Made by a program: the position numbers and the translations under genes
From: Betaproteobacteria bacterium
GTDB taxonomy: Bacteria; Pseudomonadota; Gammaproteobacteria; Burkholderiales; SG8-41
Reading direction: 5' to 3'
Length of the DNA stretch: 35,326 bases
Assembly (NCBI GenBank): GCA_043752435.1
Contig: JAYUYQ010000077.1
Span: forward strand, 1 to 35,326
The notes under the pieces: model-generated
Databases searched by the model: none
What the model was told of the DNA's origin: nothing
The model's input: the letters and a program-made list of their open reading frames with translations, nothing else
Part shown: positions 8,425 through 19,315 of the stretch, one piece after another
Position numbering within the stretch: position 1 is the first letter of the stretch
Layout of the letters: every line of letters starts with the position of its first letter

Positions 8425-10154
8425 GGCCGCCTGCTGGCCGGGGTCCTGCGCCGAGCCTGCCGGCCTGGCGCGCCCACCTGCTGCTGGTGCTGATGGCTGT
8501 ATGGTTTGTCGCACTGGCGGGGCGCGCGTTGTGGCTGCAGGCGCTGAACAACGATTTCCTGCAGCGCAAGGGCGAGTCGCGTTATTCACGCGTTGTCGAA
8601 ATCGGCGCCAGCCGCGGAATGATCGTCGATCGCAACAATGAGCCGTTGGCGATTTCAACTCCTGTGGAGTCGGTGGCAGCCAGTCCTGCCGACATTGAGG
8701 CCGATTCCTCGGATCTGCGCAAACTCGCGAATCTGCTGGAGATCAGCAATGACGAGTTGCGTGCCAAGCTGTCCAATACGCAGCGCGAGTTTGTATACCT
8801 GAAGCGCCAACTGCCGCCGGAGCAGGCGGAGCGCGTGGTGCAACTGGGCATCCCGGGCGTTTTTCTGCAGCGCGAACACCGTCGCTATTACCCGGCGGGC
8901 GAAATGATGTCGCATATCATCGGCTTTACCGGTGTTGATGACAAAGGACAGGAGGCGCTGGAGCTGGCGTTCGAAGACTCGCTGGCCGGGAAATCCGGCA
9001 GTCGCCGCGTGATCAAGGACCGGCTGGGCCGCATTGTCGAGGACGTGGAAAGCATCCGCGTGCCGCAGAACGGACAGCAGCTCCGGCTGTCGATCGATGC
9101 GCGTATCCAGTATCTGGCGTTTCGCGAACTCAAGTCGGCTGTTGCTGCGCATCGCGCCAAGGCAGGCGGCATCGTCGTACTGGACGCCGAGACCGGCGAG
9201 ATTCTGGCGATGGCGAATCTGCCGGCTTACAACCCGAATAACCGCGGCAAGCTGGATGCCAGTCGTACCCGAAATCGTGTGGTTACCGACCTCTTCGAGC
9301 CCGGCTCAACGCTGAAACCGTTTACTGCCGCCGCTGCGCTGGAGGCGGGGTTGTTCCAGTCCGGCACGGTGATTCAGACTGCCCCCGGTCAGCTGACCAT
9401 CGGCAATCGCACCATTCATGACGCGCATCCCCAGGGCGCGTTGACGGTGGCGCAGGTGATCCAGAAATCGTCCAACGTCGGCACCGCAAAAATAGGGCTG
9501 GCCTTGTCGTCAGAGGTGCTGTGGAGTCTGTTCAGCCGCGCCGGCTTTGGTTTGCCTCCGCGATCCGGATTTCCTGGTGAGGTGTCGGGCCGCCTGCGCG
9601 CCCATGCGACCTGGAAGCCGATCGAGCAGGCGACGATGTCTTACGGTTACGGCATTTCGGTGTCGCTGATGCAGCTTGCACGTTCGTACACGATATTCGC
9701 GTCTGATGGCGTGTTGCATCCGGTGACCTTGCTCAAACGCGACAGCCCCGTACCGGGTACGCGCGTGGTCTCTGCGCAGACCGCGCTGGCGGTGCGCAAA
9801 ATGCTCGAACTGGCCGCGCAGCCCGGCGGCACGGCACCCGGCGCCCAGATTTCCGGATACACGGTCGCCGGCAAAACAGGAACTGCGCACAAACTCGAGG
9901 GCAAGGGTTATGCCGCCAACCGCTACGTCGCGTCGTTTGTCGGCATGGCACCGGCGTCGCGGCCACGCGTGATCATCGCAGTAATGATCGACGAACCTTC
10001 CGCCGGGCAGCACTACGGTGGCGCAGTGGCTGCGCCAGTGTTCAGCCAAGTCGCCGCAGGGACTCTGCGCATGCTGGCGGTACCGCCAGACGCACCAGCC
10101 AAAACCACAGTGCTCAAGCCCGAAGACGTGCCGCTGGTGCGGGAGGAGGTGTGA
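8421..10154 (+). CDS. ftsI: Peptidoglycan D,D-transpeptidase FtsI (PBP3)
   Basis: 577 aa with an N-terminal TM anchor. The class B PBP motifs STLKP (SxxK), SSN and KTGTA are all present. Confidence 0.95.
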   Translation: MRPPAGRGPAPSLPAWRAHLLLVLMAVWFVALAGRALWLQALNNDFLQRKGESRYSRVVEIGASRGMIVDRNNEPLAISTPVESVAASPADIEADSSDLRKLANLLEISNDELRAKLSNTQREFVYLKRQLPPEQAERVVQLGIPGVFLQREHRRYYPAGEMMSHIIGFTGVDDKGQEALELAFEDSLAGKSGSRRVIKDRLGRIVEDVESIRVPQNGQQLRLSIDARIQYLAFRELKSAVAAHRAKAGGIVVLDAETGEILAMANLPAYNPNNRGKLDASRTRNRVVTDLFEPGSTLKPFTAAAALEAGLFQSGTVIQTAPGQLTIGNRTIHDAHPQGALTVAQVIQKSSNVGTAKIGLALSSEVLWSLFSRAGFGLPPRSGFPGEVSGRLRAHATWKPIEQATMSYGYGISVSLMQLARSYTIFASDGVLHPVTLLKRDSPVPGTRVVSAQTALAVRKMLELAAQPGGTAPGAQISGYTVAGKTGTAHKLEGKGYAANRYVASFVGMAPASRPRVIIAVMIDEPSAGQHYGGAVAAPVFSQVAAGTLRMLAVPPDAPAKTTVLKPEDVPLVREEV

Positions 10155-11635
10155 TGGCCGCCGCGCTGAACGACATGCAAACGGCAGTGCGCAAGCTGGG
10201 TGTACGCCGGCTGACGGCAGACAGTCGGGTAGTCAGGGCCGGAGATACTTTCGTCGCCTACCCCGGAGAATCGCGCGACGGCCGTGATTTTATTGCGCAG
10301 GCGATTGCCAATGGCGCGGCCTCGGTGCTGTGGGAGGCAGGCGGTTATGCCTGGAATCCGCGCTGGCGGGTGCCGAACCTCGGCGTTGCGCAGTTGCGCC
10401 GCCAGGCTGGTGTCATTGCCAGCGAGGTTTATGGCAAACCCAGTGCGAAACTGTGGGCCATCGGCGTCACCGGCACTAACGGCAAAACTTCTTGCAGCCA
10501 GTGGATTGCTCAGTCACTGAACCGCGCGAAACGCAAATGCGCGGTGATCGGTACGCTGGGCAGCGGTTTCCCGGGTCGCCTGGATGCGTCGGTCCATACC
10601 ATCAATACCACGCCGGACGCGGTGACGCTGCATGCGCGTCTGCGCGCCATGGTGCGCAAGGGAGCGCGTGCCGTGTGCATGGAAACGTCTTCCCATGGGC
10701 TCGACCAGGATCGCTTGTCCGGCGTCGAATTCGATGTCGCGCTGCTGACCAACCTGACGCGTGATCACCTCGATTATCACGGCACGATGCGACGCTACCA
10801 GGCGGCGAAAACGCGGCTGTTCCGTTGGCCGACACTCGGTCATGCCGTACTGAATCTCGACGATGCCTTCGGTCGCGAACTAGCACTTTGCTGGAAGCAC
10901 AAACGCGCCAAAGCGCTGGGGTATGGTTTCCAGGCGCGAACGGCGCGCGCCTCCCTGCCCTGCGTTCAAGGCCGCAACCTGCGCCTCAGTCTCGACGGCG
11001 TGTCCTTCGACATTGCTTCACCGTGGGGACGGGCAACACTGCACAGTCCGCTGATTGGCGGTTTTAATGCGGCGAATCTTCTCGGTTCGCTGGCGACGCT
11101 GCTGGTCAGCGAAGTCGGCCTCGACCAGTCGGTTGCAGCGTTGGAAAAAGTGCTGCCGGTACCAGGGCGCACCGAACGTTACGGTGGCGGCCGCGCGCCG
11201 CTGGTGATCGTCGATTACGCACACACCCCGGATGCACTGGAAAAAATATTGCGCAGCCTGCGCAGCGCTGCCGGCCAACGCGCCCGGCTGTTCTGTGTGT
11301 TCGGCTGCGGCGGTGAGAGAGATCGTGGCAAACGCCCGCTGATGGGTGCTGTGGCCTCGCGTATTGCCGATGCGGTGATCATCACCAGCGACAATCCGCG
11401 CAGCGAAGATCCGCAGACCATCATTGCCGAGATTGCCGAAGGCGTATCCGGAAAACATGAACAGATCGCAGATCGGCGCCAGGCGATTGTGCTTGCGCTG
11501 GCGCAGGCGCGGCGCGGCGACATTGTACTGATCGCCGGCAAAGGCCACGAGCGTTACCAGGAAATCCGCGGCGTTAGGCGCCGTTACAGCGATGCGGTGG
11601 TGGTGCGTGCCGCGCTGGCCGGGAGCGCACGGTGA
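10151..11635 (+). CDS. murE: UDP-N-acetylmuramoyl-L-alanyl-D-glutamate--2,6-diaminopimelate ligase MurE
   Basis: Mur ligase P-loop GVTGTNGKTS, motifs TSDNPRSEDP and GKGHE, and the canonical position after ftsI. The start is either the GTG at 10151 or the adjacent ATG at 10154, with GGGAGGAGG at 10141-10149. Confidence 0.93.
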   Translation: MMAAALNDMQTAVRKLGVRRLTADSRVVRAGDTFVAYPGESRDGRDFIAQAIANGAASVLWEAGGYAWNPRWRVPNLGVAQLRRQAGVIASEVYGKPSAKLWAIGVTGTNGKTSCSQWIAQSLNRAKRKCAVIGTLGSGFPGRLDASVHTINTTPDAVTLHARLRAMVRKGARAVCMETSSHGLDQDRLSGVEFDVALLTNLTRDHLDYHGTMRRYQAAKTRLFRWPTLGHAVLNLDDAFGRELALCWKHKRAKALGYGFQARTARASLPCVQGRNLRLSLDGVSFDIASPWGRATLHSPLIGGFNAANLLGSLATLLVSEVGLDQSVAALEKVLPVPGRTERYGGGRAPLVIVDYAHTPDALEKILRSLRSAAGQRARLFCVFGCGGERDRGKRPLMGAVASRIADAVIITSDNPRSEDPQTIIAEIAEGVSGKHEQIADRRQAIVLALAQARRGDIVLIAGKGHERYQEIRGVRRRYSDAVVVRAALAGSAR

Positions 11636-13020
11636 TGACCCTGGCTCATGCAGCGGCAGAACTTGGTGGCACAGTGCTTGGCGCAGATGTGCGCTTTCAC
11701 GACGTGTGTAGCGACAGCCGTACCCTGAAAAAAGGCGACCTGTTTATCGCGCTGCGCGGAGAAAAATACGACGGACATGATTTTGTAGTGCAGGCTGCTG
11801 CGGCTGGTGCTGTGGCCGCGCTAGTAGATCGCGCATATGTGCGCACCGTTACGCTGCCGGTGGCCGCAGTGGCCGACACCACCGTTGCCCTCGGCGCACT
11901 GGCGGGGTATTGGCGCCGGCAATTCAACATTCCACTGATTGCAGTCGTCGGCTCCAATGGCAAAACTACGGTCAAGGAAATGATCGCAGCCTGCTTGCGT
12001 GCGCATTTTGGCGATGCGGCAGTGCTGGCCACTCGCGGCAACCTCAATAACCATATCGGTTTGCCGCTGACCTTGCTCGCATTGCGTGAGGCGCATCGCG
12101 TGGCTGTGGTCGAGGTCGGCATGAATCATCCCGGGGAAACCACGCAACTGGCGGCGATTGCGGCGCCAACGATTGCGGTGATCAATAATGCGCAGCGCGA
12201 ACATCAGGAATTCATGCGTTCGGTGGCTGATGTTGCTGTCGAACACGCAAGTCTGATCAGTGCGTTACCGGAAGACGGCGTGGCGGTGATCAATGCCGAC
12301 GATGCCCACGCCGCTGTGTGGCGTAGCGCTGCCGGCGCACGCCGCGTGCGCGACTTCGGTCTGCAGCAGGCTGCCGCAGTTCGTACCCAATGCCGGATGC
12401 AGGCGGCGTCGTCGCAACTCGAAGTCACCACGCCCGAGGAGAACGCTGCTTTTGAGCTGCCGCTGGCGGGTGAACACAACGTGCGCAATGCGTTGGCCGC
12501 AATTGCTGCAGCCACGGCGGCCGGCGCATCGCTGGCGGCCTGCTCGCGCGCGCTGACCCGGTTTGTCGCGGTCAAGGGCCGCTTGCAGATCAAAACAGGA
12601 CGCAGCGGCACCATGCTGATCGACGACACCTATAACGCGAACCCGGATTCAGTGCGCGCGGCGATCGATGTGCTGGCGCGGGCGCCCGGACGCAAGTTGC
12701 TGGTGCTGGGGGACATGGGCGAAGTCGGCACACAGGGCGCGACGTTCCATGAAGAAGTGGGCGTTTATGCGCGCGATGCCGGCATTGACGGTTTGTACGC
12801 GCTGGGGGAACTCGCGGCAGTGACGGCGCGAGCCTTTGGCGCCGGCGGCCGGCATTACCCGCGCATCGAGGAGTTGCTGGCCGATGTCGAGGGCGCGCTT
12901 GGTCCGCATACCGCGCTGCTGGTCAAGGGTTCGCGCTTCATGCAGATGGAACGTGTCGTGCGCAGTATAGAGGCTGCGACAGGAAATTTAATAAGCGGGG
13001 GCATAAGCGATGCTGCTTGA
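11632..13020 (+). CDS. murF: UDP-N-acetylmuramoyl-tripeptide--D-alanyl-D-alanine ligase MurF
   Basis: P-loop [13 protein letters not shown], motifs [11 protein letters not shown] and GDMGE.G, and the position after murE. The start is the GTG at 11632 or the ATG at 11635, overlapping the murE stop. Confidence 0.93.
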   Translation: MMTLAHAAAELGGTVLGADVRFHDVCSDSRTLKKGDLFIALRGEKYDGHDFVVQAAAAGAVAALVDRAYVRTVTLPVAAVADTTVALGALAGYWRRQFNIPLIAVVGSNGKTTVKEMIAACLRAHFGDAAVLATRGNLNNHIGLPLTLLALREAHRVAVVEVGMNHPGETTQLAAIAAPTIAVINNAQREHQEFMRSVADVAVEHASLISALPEDGVAVINADDAHAAVWRSAAGARRVRDFGLQQAAAVRTQCRMQAASSQLEVTTPEENAAFELPLAGEHNVRNALAAIAAATAAGASLAACSRALTRFVAVKGRLQIKTGRSGTMLIDDTYNANPDSVRAAIDVLARAPGRKLLVLGDMGEVGTQGATFHEEVGVYARDAGIDGLYALGELAAVTARAFGAGGRHYPRIEELLADVEGALGPHTALLVKGSRFMQMERVVRSIEAATGNLISGGISDAA

Positions 13021-14095
13021 GCTGGCGCAATGGCTGGAACAGTACGCCCGCGCCTTCAACGTGTTCAGTTACCTCACGTTGCGCGCAGTGCTGGCCTGTC
13101 TGACGGCGCTGATGATTTCCTTCATCGTCGGGCCTGCGCTGATCCGCAGGCTGACGGCGTTAAAGATCGGCCAGGCGGTGCGCGACGACGGTCCGCAAAC
13201 CCATCTGGTGAAAGCTGGCACGCCGACCATGGGTGGCGCGCTGATCCTGGTGTCGATCATCATCACCACGCTGCTGTGGGCGGATCTGCAGAACCGTTTT
13301 GTCTGGGTGGTATTGGTCGTTACCATCGGTTTCGGCGCCATCGGCTGGGTTGACGACTACCGCAAGGTGGTGCATCGCAATCCGAAGGGGTTGTCAGCGC
13401 GGGTGAAGTTTTTCTGGCAGTCAGTGATCGGCCTTGGTGCGGCGGTGTTCATTGCCTATTCGACCAACCTGCCGGCGCAGACCGAATTCATCGTGCCGTT
13501 TTTCAAGCAGGTGACGTATCCGCTGGGCGCCATCGGTTTCATCACCATGACTTACCTGGTAATTGTCGGTACCAGCAACGCGGTCAATCTGACCGATGGT
13601 CTCGACGGTCTCGCGATCATGCCGACGGTGATGGTCGGCAGCGCGCTCGGCATTTTTGCCTACGTGGCCGGCAATGCCGTGTTCGCCAAATACCTGGCCT
13701 TTCCCTATATCCCGGGTGCTGGCGAACTGACGGTGATCTGCGGCGCCATGGCCGGCGCAGGCCTCGCCTTTTTGTGGTTTAACGCCTATCCCGCGGAAGT
13801 ATTCATGGGCGACGTCGGCGCGCTGGCGCTCGGTGCTGCGCTGGGCACAATCGCCGTCATCGTGCGCCAGGAAATCGTGCTGTTCATCATGGGTGGCGTG
13901 TTTGTTGTCGAGACCCTGTCAGTGATGCTGCAGGTGGCGTCATTCAAGCTGACCGGCAAACGGATATTCCGAATGGCGCCGCTGCACCACCACTATGAAT
14001 TAAAGGGCTGGAAAGAAAATCAGGTCGTCGTTCGCTTCTGGATCATCACGATGATGCTGGTGTTAATCGGGCTCTCGACGTTGAAGCTGCGCTAG
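13010..14095 (+). CDS. mraY: Phospho-N-acetylmuramoyl-pentapeptide transferase MraY
   Basis: 361 aa polytopic membrane protein. Motifs [41 protein letters not shown] and APLHHH. Confidence 0.95.
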   Translation: MLLELAQWLEQYARAFNVFSYLTLRAVLACLTALMISFIVGPALIRRLTALKIGQAVRDDGPQTHLVKAGTPTMGGALILVSIIITTLLWADLQNRFVWVVLVVTIGFGAIGWVDDYRKVVHRNPKGLSARVKFFWQSVIGLGAAVFIAYSTNLPAQTEFIVPFFKQVTYPLGAIGFITMTYLVIVGTSNAVNLTDGLDGLAIMPTVMVGSALGIFAYVAGNAVFAKYLAFPYIPGAGELTVICGAMAGAGLAFLWFNAYPAEVFMGDVGALALGAALGTIAVIVRQEIVLFIMGGVFVVETLSVMLQVASFKLTGKRIFRMAPLHHHYELKGWKENQVVVRFWIITMMLVLIGLSTLKLR

Positions 14096-14141
14096 CAGGG
14101 AACGCCAAGCAGGATGCAAAACGGGATGCGGACTGTAATTG

Positions 14142-15527
14142 ATGTATGACCTTAAGGGTGCACGCGTAATGGTGGTTGGTCTCGGTGATACCGGGTTGTC
14201 GATGGCGCGCTGGCTGCAGCGTCGCGGTGCCGACGTGCGCGCGACGGACAGCCGTGCAGCGCCGCCACATGCGGCAGCGCTGCGCCGGGAATTGCCGCAG
14301 GTGTCCCTCGCACTTGGCGTGGCACCCGATGTTGACGGTGTCGATATGATCGCGGTGAGTCCGGGTGTCGATCGCCGGGGCGGCGCCATCGCGCAGGCTG
14401 CTGCACGCGGTGTGCCGGTGGTGGGCGATGTGGAACTGTTCGCGCAGGCGCTGGCCGCGCGCAGTGATGCGCCGCCGGTGATCGCGATCACCGGTTCCAA
14501 CGGCAAAAGCACGGTGACAGCGCTGGCGGGTGAAATCTGTAAAGCCGCAGCGTTGCGTCCGGTGGTGGCGGGCAACATCGGTTTGCCGGTACTCGATGCA
14601 TTGACCGAAATCGAAGAGGGTGCCGAAAAAGGCGCACTGCAGCCCGGTGTGTTTGTGCTGGAGCTGTCGAGTTTTCAGCTGGAAAGCACGATATCACTGC
14701 AACCGCGTGCGGCGACGGTATTAAATCTGTCCGAGGATCACCTCGATCGTTATGACGGCATGCGCGAATATGCTGCCGCGAAAAGCCGCATCTTCGCCGG
14801 CGACGGCACGCAGGTGCTCAATCGTCAGGACGCCTGGAGCGAAGGTATGGCGCAGTCTGGTCGCCGCGTGGTGAGTTTCGGAATGGATGCTGCGCACGAT
14901 GCGGAAGCCTGGGGTATCAGTGGAACGGGCAGGGAACAGATGCTGGTGCGCGGTGATGTCGCGCTGGCTCCAGTGGCCGCATTGCGCGTCGCCGGTTTGC
15001 ATAACGCCGCCAATGCGCTGGCGGCGGGTGCCTTGTGTCGCGCCATCGGAGTTACGGATGGCGCCATCGTCAAGGCTTGGCGAGAGTTTGACGGACTGCC
15101 GCACCGCGTTAAAAACATCAATAAAATCAATGATATACTGTTTTACGACGATTCCAAGGGCACCAACGTCGGGGCCACGGTTGCCGCGTTGAACGGTATG
15201 CCGCAGCCGGTGGTGTTGATCGCCGGCGGGGATGGCAAAGGTCAGGATTTCGCGCCGCTCGCCAAGGCTGCGCAACACAAGGCGCGCGCCGTCGTGTTGA
15301 TCGGACGTGACGCCGGACGCATTGCCGAGGCGATCGGCAACCGGGTGCCGCTGTTGCGTGCTGCTGATATGGAACAGGCGGTGGAGCTCGCCTTCAATGT
15401 CGCGAAGGCTGGTGATGCAGTGTTGCTGTCGCCCGCCTGCGCGAGTTACGACATGTACCGCAATTACATCCATCGTGCGGAAGTGTTTGCCGCTGCGGTG
15501 GCGGCGCTGCAGCGGAGGTATGCGTGA
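14142..15527 (+). CDS. murD: UDP-N-acetylmuramoylalanine--D-glutamate ligase MurD
   Basis: N-terminal Rossmann motif [11 protein letters not shown]-loop [10 protein letters not shown], and motif [11 protein letters not shown]. The ORF opens with TTG at 14139, but the adjacent ATG at 14142 is preferred. Confidence 0.93.
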   Translation: MYDLKGARVMVVGLGDTGLSMARWLQRRGADVRATDSRAAPPHAAALRRELPQVSLALGVAPDVDGVDMIAVSPGVDRRGGAIAQAAARGVPVVGDVELFAQALAARSDAPPVIAITGSNGKSTVTALAGEICKAAALRPVVAGNIGLPVLDALTEIEEGAEKGALQPGVFVLELSSFQLESTISLQPRAATVLNLSEDHLDRYDGMREYAAAKSRIFAGDGTQVLNRQDAWSEGMAQSGRRVVSFGMDAAHDAEAWGISGTGREQMLVRGDVALAPVAALRVAGLHNAANALAAGALCRAIGVTDGAIVKAWREFDGLPHRVKNINKINDILFYDDSKGTNVGATVAALNGMPQPVVLIAGGDGKGQDFAPLAKAAQHKARAVVLIGRDAGRIAEAIGNRVPLLRAADMEQAVELAFNVAKAGDAVLLSPACASYDMYRNYIHRAEVFAAAVAALQRRYA

Positions 15528-16696
15528 GTTTCGCCATCCTCAACCATCCCGTTAATCCGCGCAGCGCGGGGCAGGAGTATGACAGCGCGCTGATCTGGGT
15601 CACCGTGTTACTGCTCGGGTTTGGCATGGTCATGGTGTACTCCGCGTCAATTGCGATTGCCGAAGCCAGTCGCGTTACCGGCAACAACGCGATGTATTAC
15701 CTGAGCCGGCATGCGGCTTATGTGCTGATCAGCCTGGTGGCCGCTGGCCTGGTGTTTCAGGTGCCTGTGCGCATCTGGCAGCGCGCCGCGCCCATCCTGT
15801 TTGTTGTCGGCCTGTTATTGCTGGCGCTGGTGCTGATTCCCGGCATCGGGCGCGAAGTCAACGGCAGCCGCCGCTGGCTGCCGCTGGGGTTCGCCAATCT
15901 GCAGCCTTCGGAATTAATGAAGTTGTGCGTCGTCCTTTACGCCGCCGATTACACCGTGCGCAAGGCCGCGTTTATGCACAGCCTGCGCAAGGGATTTTTG
16001 CCGATGGCCGGGGTAATGCTGCTGGCCGGCGGACTGCTGCTGCGCGAACCCGATTTCGGCGCCTTTGCGGTGATTACCGTGATTGCGATGGGCATCCTGT
16101 TTCTTGGTGGCATGAACTGGCGGCTGTTCGCGGGGCTGATCGTGATGCTCCTGATCGGCTTCCTGCTGCTGATCTGGAGCAGCCCATACCGCATGCAGCG
16201 CGTGATCGGGTTTATGGATCCGTGGGCCGATCCGTACGGCAAGGGTTATCAGCTGTCGCATGCTCTGATCGCCTTCGGCCGCGGCGAGTGGTTTGGTGTA
16301 GGGCTCGGCGCCAGTGTCGAAAAACTGTTTTACCTGCCCGAGGCGCACACCGATTTCCTGCTGGCGGTGATTGCCGAAGAGCTTGGTTTCGTCGGTGTGC
16401 TGACATTGACGCTGTTGTTCGCGTGGATTGTCTGGCGGGCCTTTGCGATCGGCCGTCGCGCGTCCGACCTTGAGCGTCCGTATGCCACGCTGGTGGCGCA
16501 GGGCATCGGCTTGTGGATTGGCGTGCAGGCCATCATCAACATGGGCGTCAACATGGGCGTGTTGCCGACCAAGGGCCTGACATTGCCGCTGCTGTCGTTC
16601 GGCGGCAGCGCGATCCTGGCGACCTGCTGCGCGCTCGCGGTGCTGCTGCGCATCGATTGGGAAAACCGACAGCTCGCGAGGGGGTTCACGGTATGA
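15524..16696 (+). CDS. ftsW: Peptidoglycan glycosyltransferase FtsW (SEDS family)
   Basis: 390 aa multi-TM protein. Motifs [24 protein letters not shown] and [12 protein letters not shown]. The GTG start overlaps the murD stop. Confidence 0.92.
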   Translation: MSFAILNHPVNPRSAGQEYDSALIWVTVLLLGFGMVMVYSASIAIAEASRVTGNNAMYYLSRHAAYVLISLVAAGLVFQVPVRIWQRAAPILFVVGLLLLALVLIPGIGREVNGSRRWLPLGFANLQPSELMKLCVVLYAADYTVRKAAFMHSLRKGFLPMAGVMLLAGGLLLREPDFGAFAVITVIAMGILFLGGMNWRLFAGLIVMLLIGFLLLIWSSPYRMQRVIGFMDPWADPYGKGYQLSHALIAFGRGEWFGVGLGASVEKLFYLPEAHTDFLLAVIAEELGFVGVLTLTLLFAWIVWRAFAIGRRASDLERPYATLVAQGIGLWIGVQAIINMGVNMGVLPTKGLTLPLLSFGGSAILATCCALAVLLRIDWENRQLARGFTV

Positions 16697-17766
16697 GCCG
16701 GACCATTCTCGTCATGGCCGGGGGCACCGGCGGGCATATTTTTCCGGCGCTGGCAGTTGCGGAGGTGCTGCACGGTCGCGGCTGGAACGTGGTCTGGCTT
16801 GGCGCCCGCGGCGGCATGGAAGAGCGGCTGATTCCGCCGCGCGGTTATGCAACGGTGTGGATCCGTTTCGGCGGTATTCGCGGCAAGAGTCTGCTGCGCA
16901 AGCTGTTGCTGCCGGCGTCGTTGTTGATTGCGTTCTGGCAGAGCGCGATGGCCATTTTCCGCCATCGCCCCGATGTGGTGCTGGGCATGGGCGGCTACGC
17001 AGCATTTCCCGGCGGCATGATGGCGGCTTTGCTCGGCAAGCCGCTGGTGATTCATGAACAGAATGCCATTCCGGGTCTTGCCAACCGCGTGCTGGCCGGT
17101 GTTGCCGATCGCGTGCTGGCGGCGTTTCCCGATGCCTTCAACGGCCGGGTTGATGTGATCTGGTCGGGCAATCCGGTGCGTTCCGATATCGTTAACCTGG
17201 CGCCGCCCGAAGCGCGTTTCGCCAACCGCAGAGGACCGCTGCGGGTTCTGGTTGTCGGCGGCAGCCTCGGTGCCAAAGCACTCAATGTAACGGTGCCGCA
17301 GGCGCTGGCGCTGCTGGTACAGGGCGAGCGGCCGGTAGTGACGCATCAGGCCGGTAGGGCACACGTGGCGGCGTTACGCGAGACCTATCGCAGCGCCGGC
17401 GTTGACGCCGAGATCGTAGATTTCATCGACGACATGGCGTCGCGTTATGGTGCAGCCGATCTGGTGATCTGCCGCGCCGGGGCTACCACGATCACCGAAC
17501 TCGCCGTGGCCGGGGTCGGCAGCATCTTGGTGCCTTTCCCATACGCTGCGGATGACCATCAGACGCGCAATGCCGTGTATCTGGCAGATCGCGGCGCTGC
17601 ATTGCTGATGCCACAGGCAACACTGACGCCGCAGTCGCTGGCGGAAACCTTGCGCGGGCTGACCCGGACCAAATTGCTGGAGATGGCGCGTGCTGCGCGC
17701 GCCGTGGGTAAACCGGATGCCGCGCAGAAAGTGGCCGAATTTTGCACGGAGCTTGCCACGGCATGA
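16693..17766 (+). CDS. murG: Undecaprenyldiphospho-muramoylpentapeptide beta-N-acetylglucosaminyltransferase MurG
   Basis: ORF 16513..17766. The real start is the ATG at 16693, in ATGA overlap with the ftsW stop, giving [23 protein letters not shown]. The motif [16 protein letters not shown] is present. Length is 357 aa. Confidence 0.94.
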   Translation: MSRTILVMAGGTGGHIFPALAVAEVLHGRGWNVVWLGARGGMEERLIPPRGYATVWIRFGGIRGKSLLRKLLLPASLLIAFWQSAMAIFRHRPDVVLGMGGYAAFPGGMMAALLGKPLVIHEQNAIPGLANRVLAGVADRVLAAFPDAFNGRVDVIWSGNPVRSDIVNLAPPEARFANRRGPLRVLVVGGSLGAKALNVTVPQALALLVQGERPVVTHQAGRAHVAALRETYRSAGVDAEIVDFIDDMASRYGAADLVICRAGATTITELAVAGVGSILVPFPYAADDHQTRNAVYLADRGAALLMPQATLTPQSLAETLRGLTRTKLLEMARAARAVGKPDAAQKVAEFCTELATA

Positions 17767-17810
17767 GACACAAAGTCCGACAAGTGCACTTCGTGGGCAG
17801 AGGTGGGGCC
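17763..17810 (+). repeat. Diverged direct copy of murC codons 1-16 (partner at 17918..17965)
   Basis: Hand alignment of 17763-17810 against 17918-17965 gives 40/48 identical nt. The encoded peptides are [16 protein letters not shown] and [16 protein letters not shown]. Six of the eight nucleotide differences are synonymous, and the other two make the single R/I change. Confidence 0.85.
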
Positions 17811-17918
17811 CATGCGAGCAGGAAGCAGGGCCCCGCGCATGGGGTTTGCGCGGGATGCGACCGGCCGCGAGCATGGCCCGCCGCCGATTCGCGGGCGTTG
17901 AAGGAGATGATCCGGTAA
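17763..17918 (+). CDS. Hypothetical 51-aa bridging ORF between murG and murC (may be non-functional)
   Basis: The ATG at 17763 overlaps the murG TGA (ATGA), and the TAA at 17916-17918 overlaps the murC ATG (TAATG). Translation: [51 protein letters not shown]. There is no family resemblance beyond the duplicated murC N-terminus, and the ORF is below the size cutoff of the ORF track. Confidence 0.3.
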   Translation: MRHKVRQVHFVGRGGAHASRKQGPAHGVCAGCDRPRAWPAADSRALKEMIR

Positions 17919-19315
17919 TGCGCCACAAGGTTCGACAAGTGCACTTCGTGGGCATCGGCGGCGCCGGCATGAGCGGCATCGCTGAAGTCCTGCTGAATCT
18001 GGGTTATGCGGTCAGCGGCTCCGACCTCGGCGAAAGCAATGCCACGCGCCGCCTGGTCGGGTTCGGCGCGCTGGTCCACATCGGCCATGCTGCGGAGCAT
18101 GTAGCCACGGCCGATGTCGTGGTGATTTCCAGTGCGGTCAAGGCCGACAACCCGGAGGTGGTGGCGGCGCGCGCCCGGCATGTGCCCGTGGTGCCGCGGG
18201 CGCTGATGCTGGCGGAACTAATGCGGCTGAAACAGGGCATCGCAGTGGCTGGCACGCATGGCAAAACCACAACCACCAGTCTCGCTGCCAGCGTGCTGGC
18301 CGAGGGCGGACTGGATCCGACCTTTGTCATCGGCGGCCGGCTGGAGAGCGCCGGCGCGCACGCCCGTCTGGGTGCCGGTGAGTTCATCGTCGCCGAAGCC
18401 GACGAATCGGATGCCTCGTTCCTTCATTTGCAGCCGGTGTTGTCGGTCGTCACCAATATCGACGCCGACCACATGGAGACCTACGACCACTCGCTGGACA
18501 AGTTGAAGCAGGCCTTTGTCGATTTTGTCGAGCGCCTGCCGTTCTATGGCGTGGCCGTGTTGTGCACCGACGACGCCAATGTGCGCGCGATCATGCCGAA
18601 GCTCACCAAAACCGTGGTGACTTATGGATTGAGCGAAAGTGCGCAGGTGCGTGCGACCGCGGTGACAGCCGATGCCGGGCGCATGCGTTTCCGCGTGTTG
18701 CGCAGTAACGGCCGACGCCTGCCCGATCTCGATATCACGCTGAACCTGGCGGGTGTGCATAACGTACTGAACGCGCTGGCGGCGATCGCCGTCGGCATGG
18801 AAGTCGGCGTGGCAGACGAAAACATCGTCAAGGCACTGGCCGAGTTCAAGGGCGTGGGTCGCCGCTTCCAGCGCCACGGCGCGATCCGGCTGTCCGGCGG
18901 CGGCGCCTTTGAACTGATTGACGACTACGGTCACCACCCGGTGGAAATGGCAGCGACGATCGCCGCGGCACGTGGTGCGTTTCCCGGAAGGCGCCTGCTG
19001 CTGGCGTTCCAGCCGCACCGCTATACGCGGACGCGTGATTGTTTCGAGGATTTTGCCCGCGTGCTGTCCGATGTCGATGCGTTGTTGCTGACGGAAGTGT
19101 ATCCAGCCGGTGAGGCACCGATTGTTGCCGCAGATGGTCGCGCGCTGGTGCGCGCGGTGCGTGTGCTGGGCAAGGTGGAACCGGTGTTTGTCGAGCAGGT
19201 GACGGATCTGCCGGTGGCGATTTCCGGTGCGGCGCGTGATGGCGATGTGGTGCTGGCGATGGGGGCTGGTTCGATCGGCACGGTCGCGGGCAAGCTGGCG
19301 AAGGATGCCGCGTGA
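17918..19315 (+). CDS. murC: UDP-N-acetylmuramate--L-alanine ligase MurC
   Basis: ORF 17690..19315. The start is assigned to the ATG at 17918, which lies 10 nt after AAGGAGA (17901-17907). The N-terminus [25 protein letters not shown] is the typical MurC start. P-loop [12 protein letters not shown] and motif DDYGHHP are present. Confidence 0.93.
   Translation: MRHKVRQVHFVGIGGAGMSGIAEVLLNLGYAVSGSDLGESNATRRLVGFGALVHIGHAAEHVATADVVVISSAVKADNPEVVAARARHVPVVPRALMLAELMRLKQGIAVAGTHGKTTTTSLAASVLAEGGLDPTFVIGGRLESAGAHARLGAGEFIVAEADESDASFLHLQPVLSVVTNIDADHMETYDHSLDKLKQAFVDFVERLPFYGVAVLCTDDANVRAIMPKLTKTVVTYGLSESAQVRATAVTADAGRMRFRVLRSNGRRLPDLDITLNLAGVHNVLNALAAIAVGMEVGVADENIVKALAEFKGVGRRFQRHGAIRLSGGGAFELIDDYGHHPVEMAATIAAARGAFPGRRLLLAFQPHRYTRTRDCFEDFARVLSDVDALLLTEVYPAGEAPIVAADGRALVRAVRVLGKVEPVFVEQVTDLPVAISGAARDGDVVLAMGAGSIGTVAGKLAKDAA

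Noticed and set aside
17690-17917. An upstream in-frame extension of the murC ORF would give a 541-aa MurC starting inside murG.
   Set aside because: The extension overlaps the murG 3' end in another frame and has an Arg/Pro-rich composition. The canonical MurC N-terminus [17 protein letters not shown] begins at 17918 with a good AAGGAGA SD. Analogous over-long ORF starts were trimmed for murG (16513), argJ (29995), chaC (5264), rsmI (3242), diaA (1828) and ftsZ (23316).
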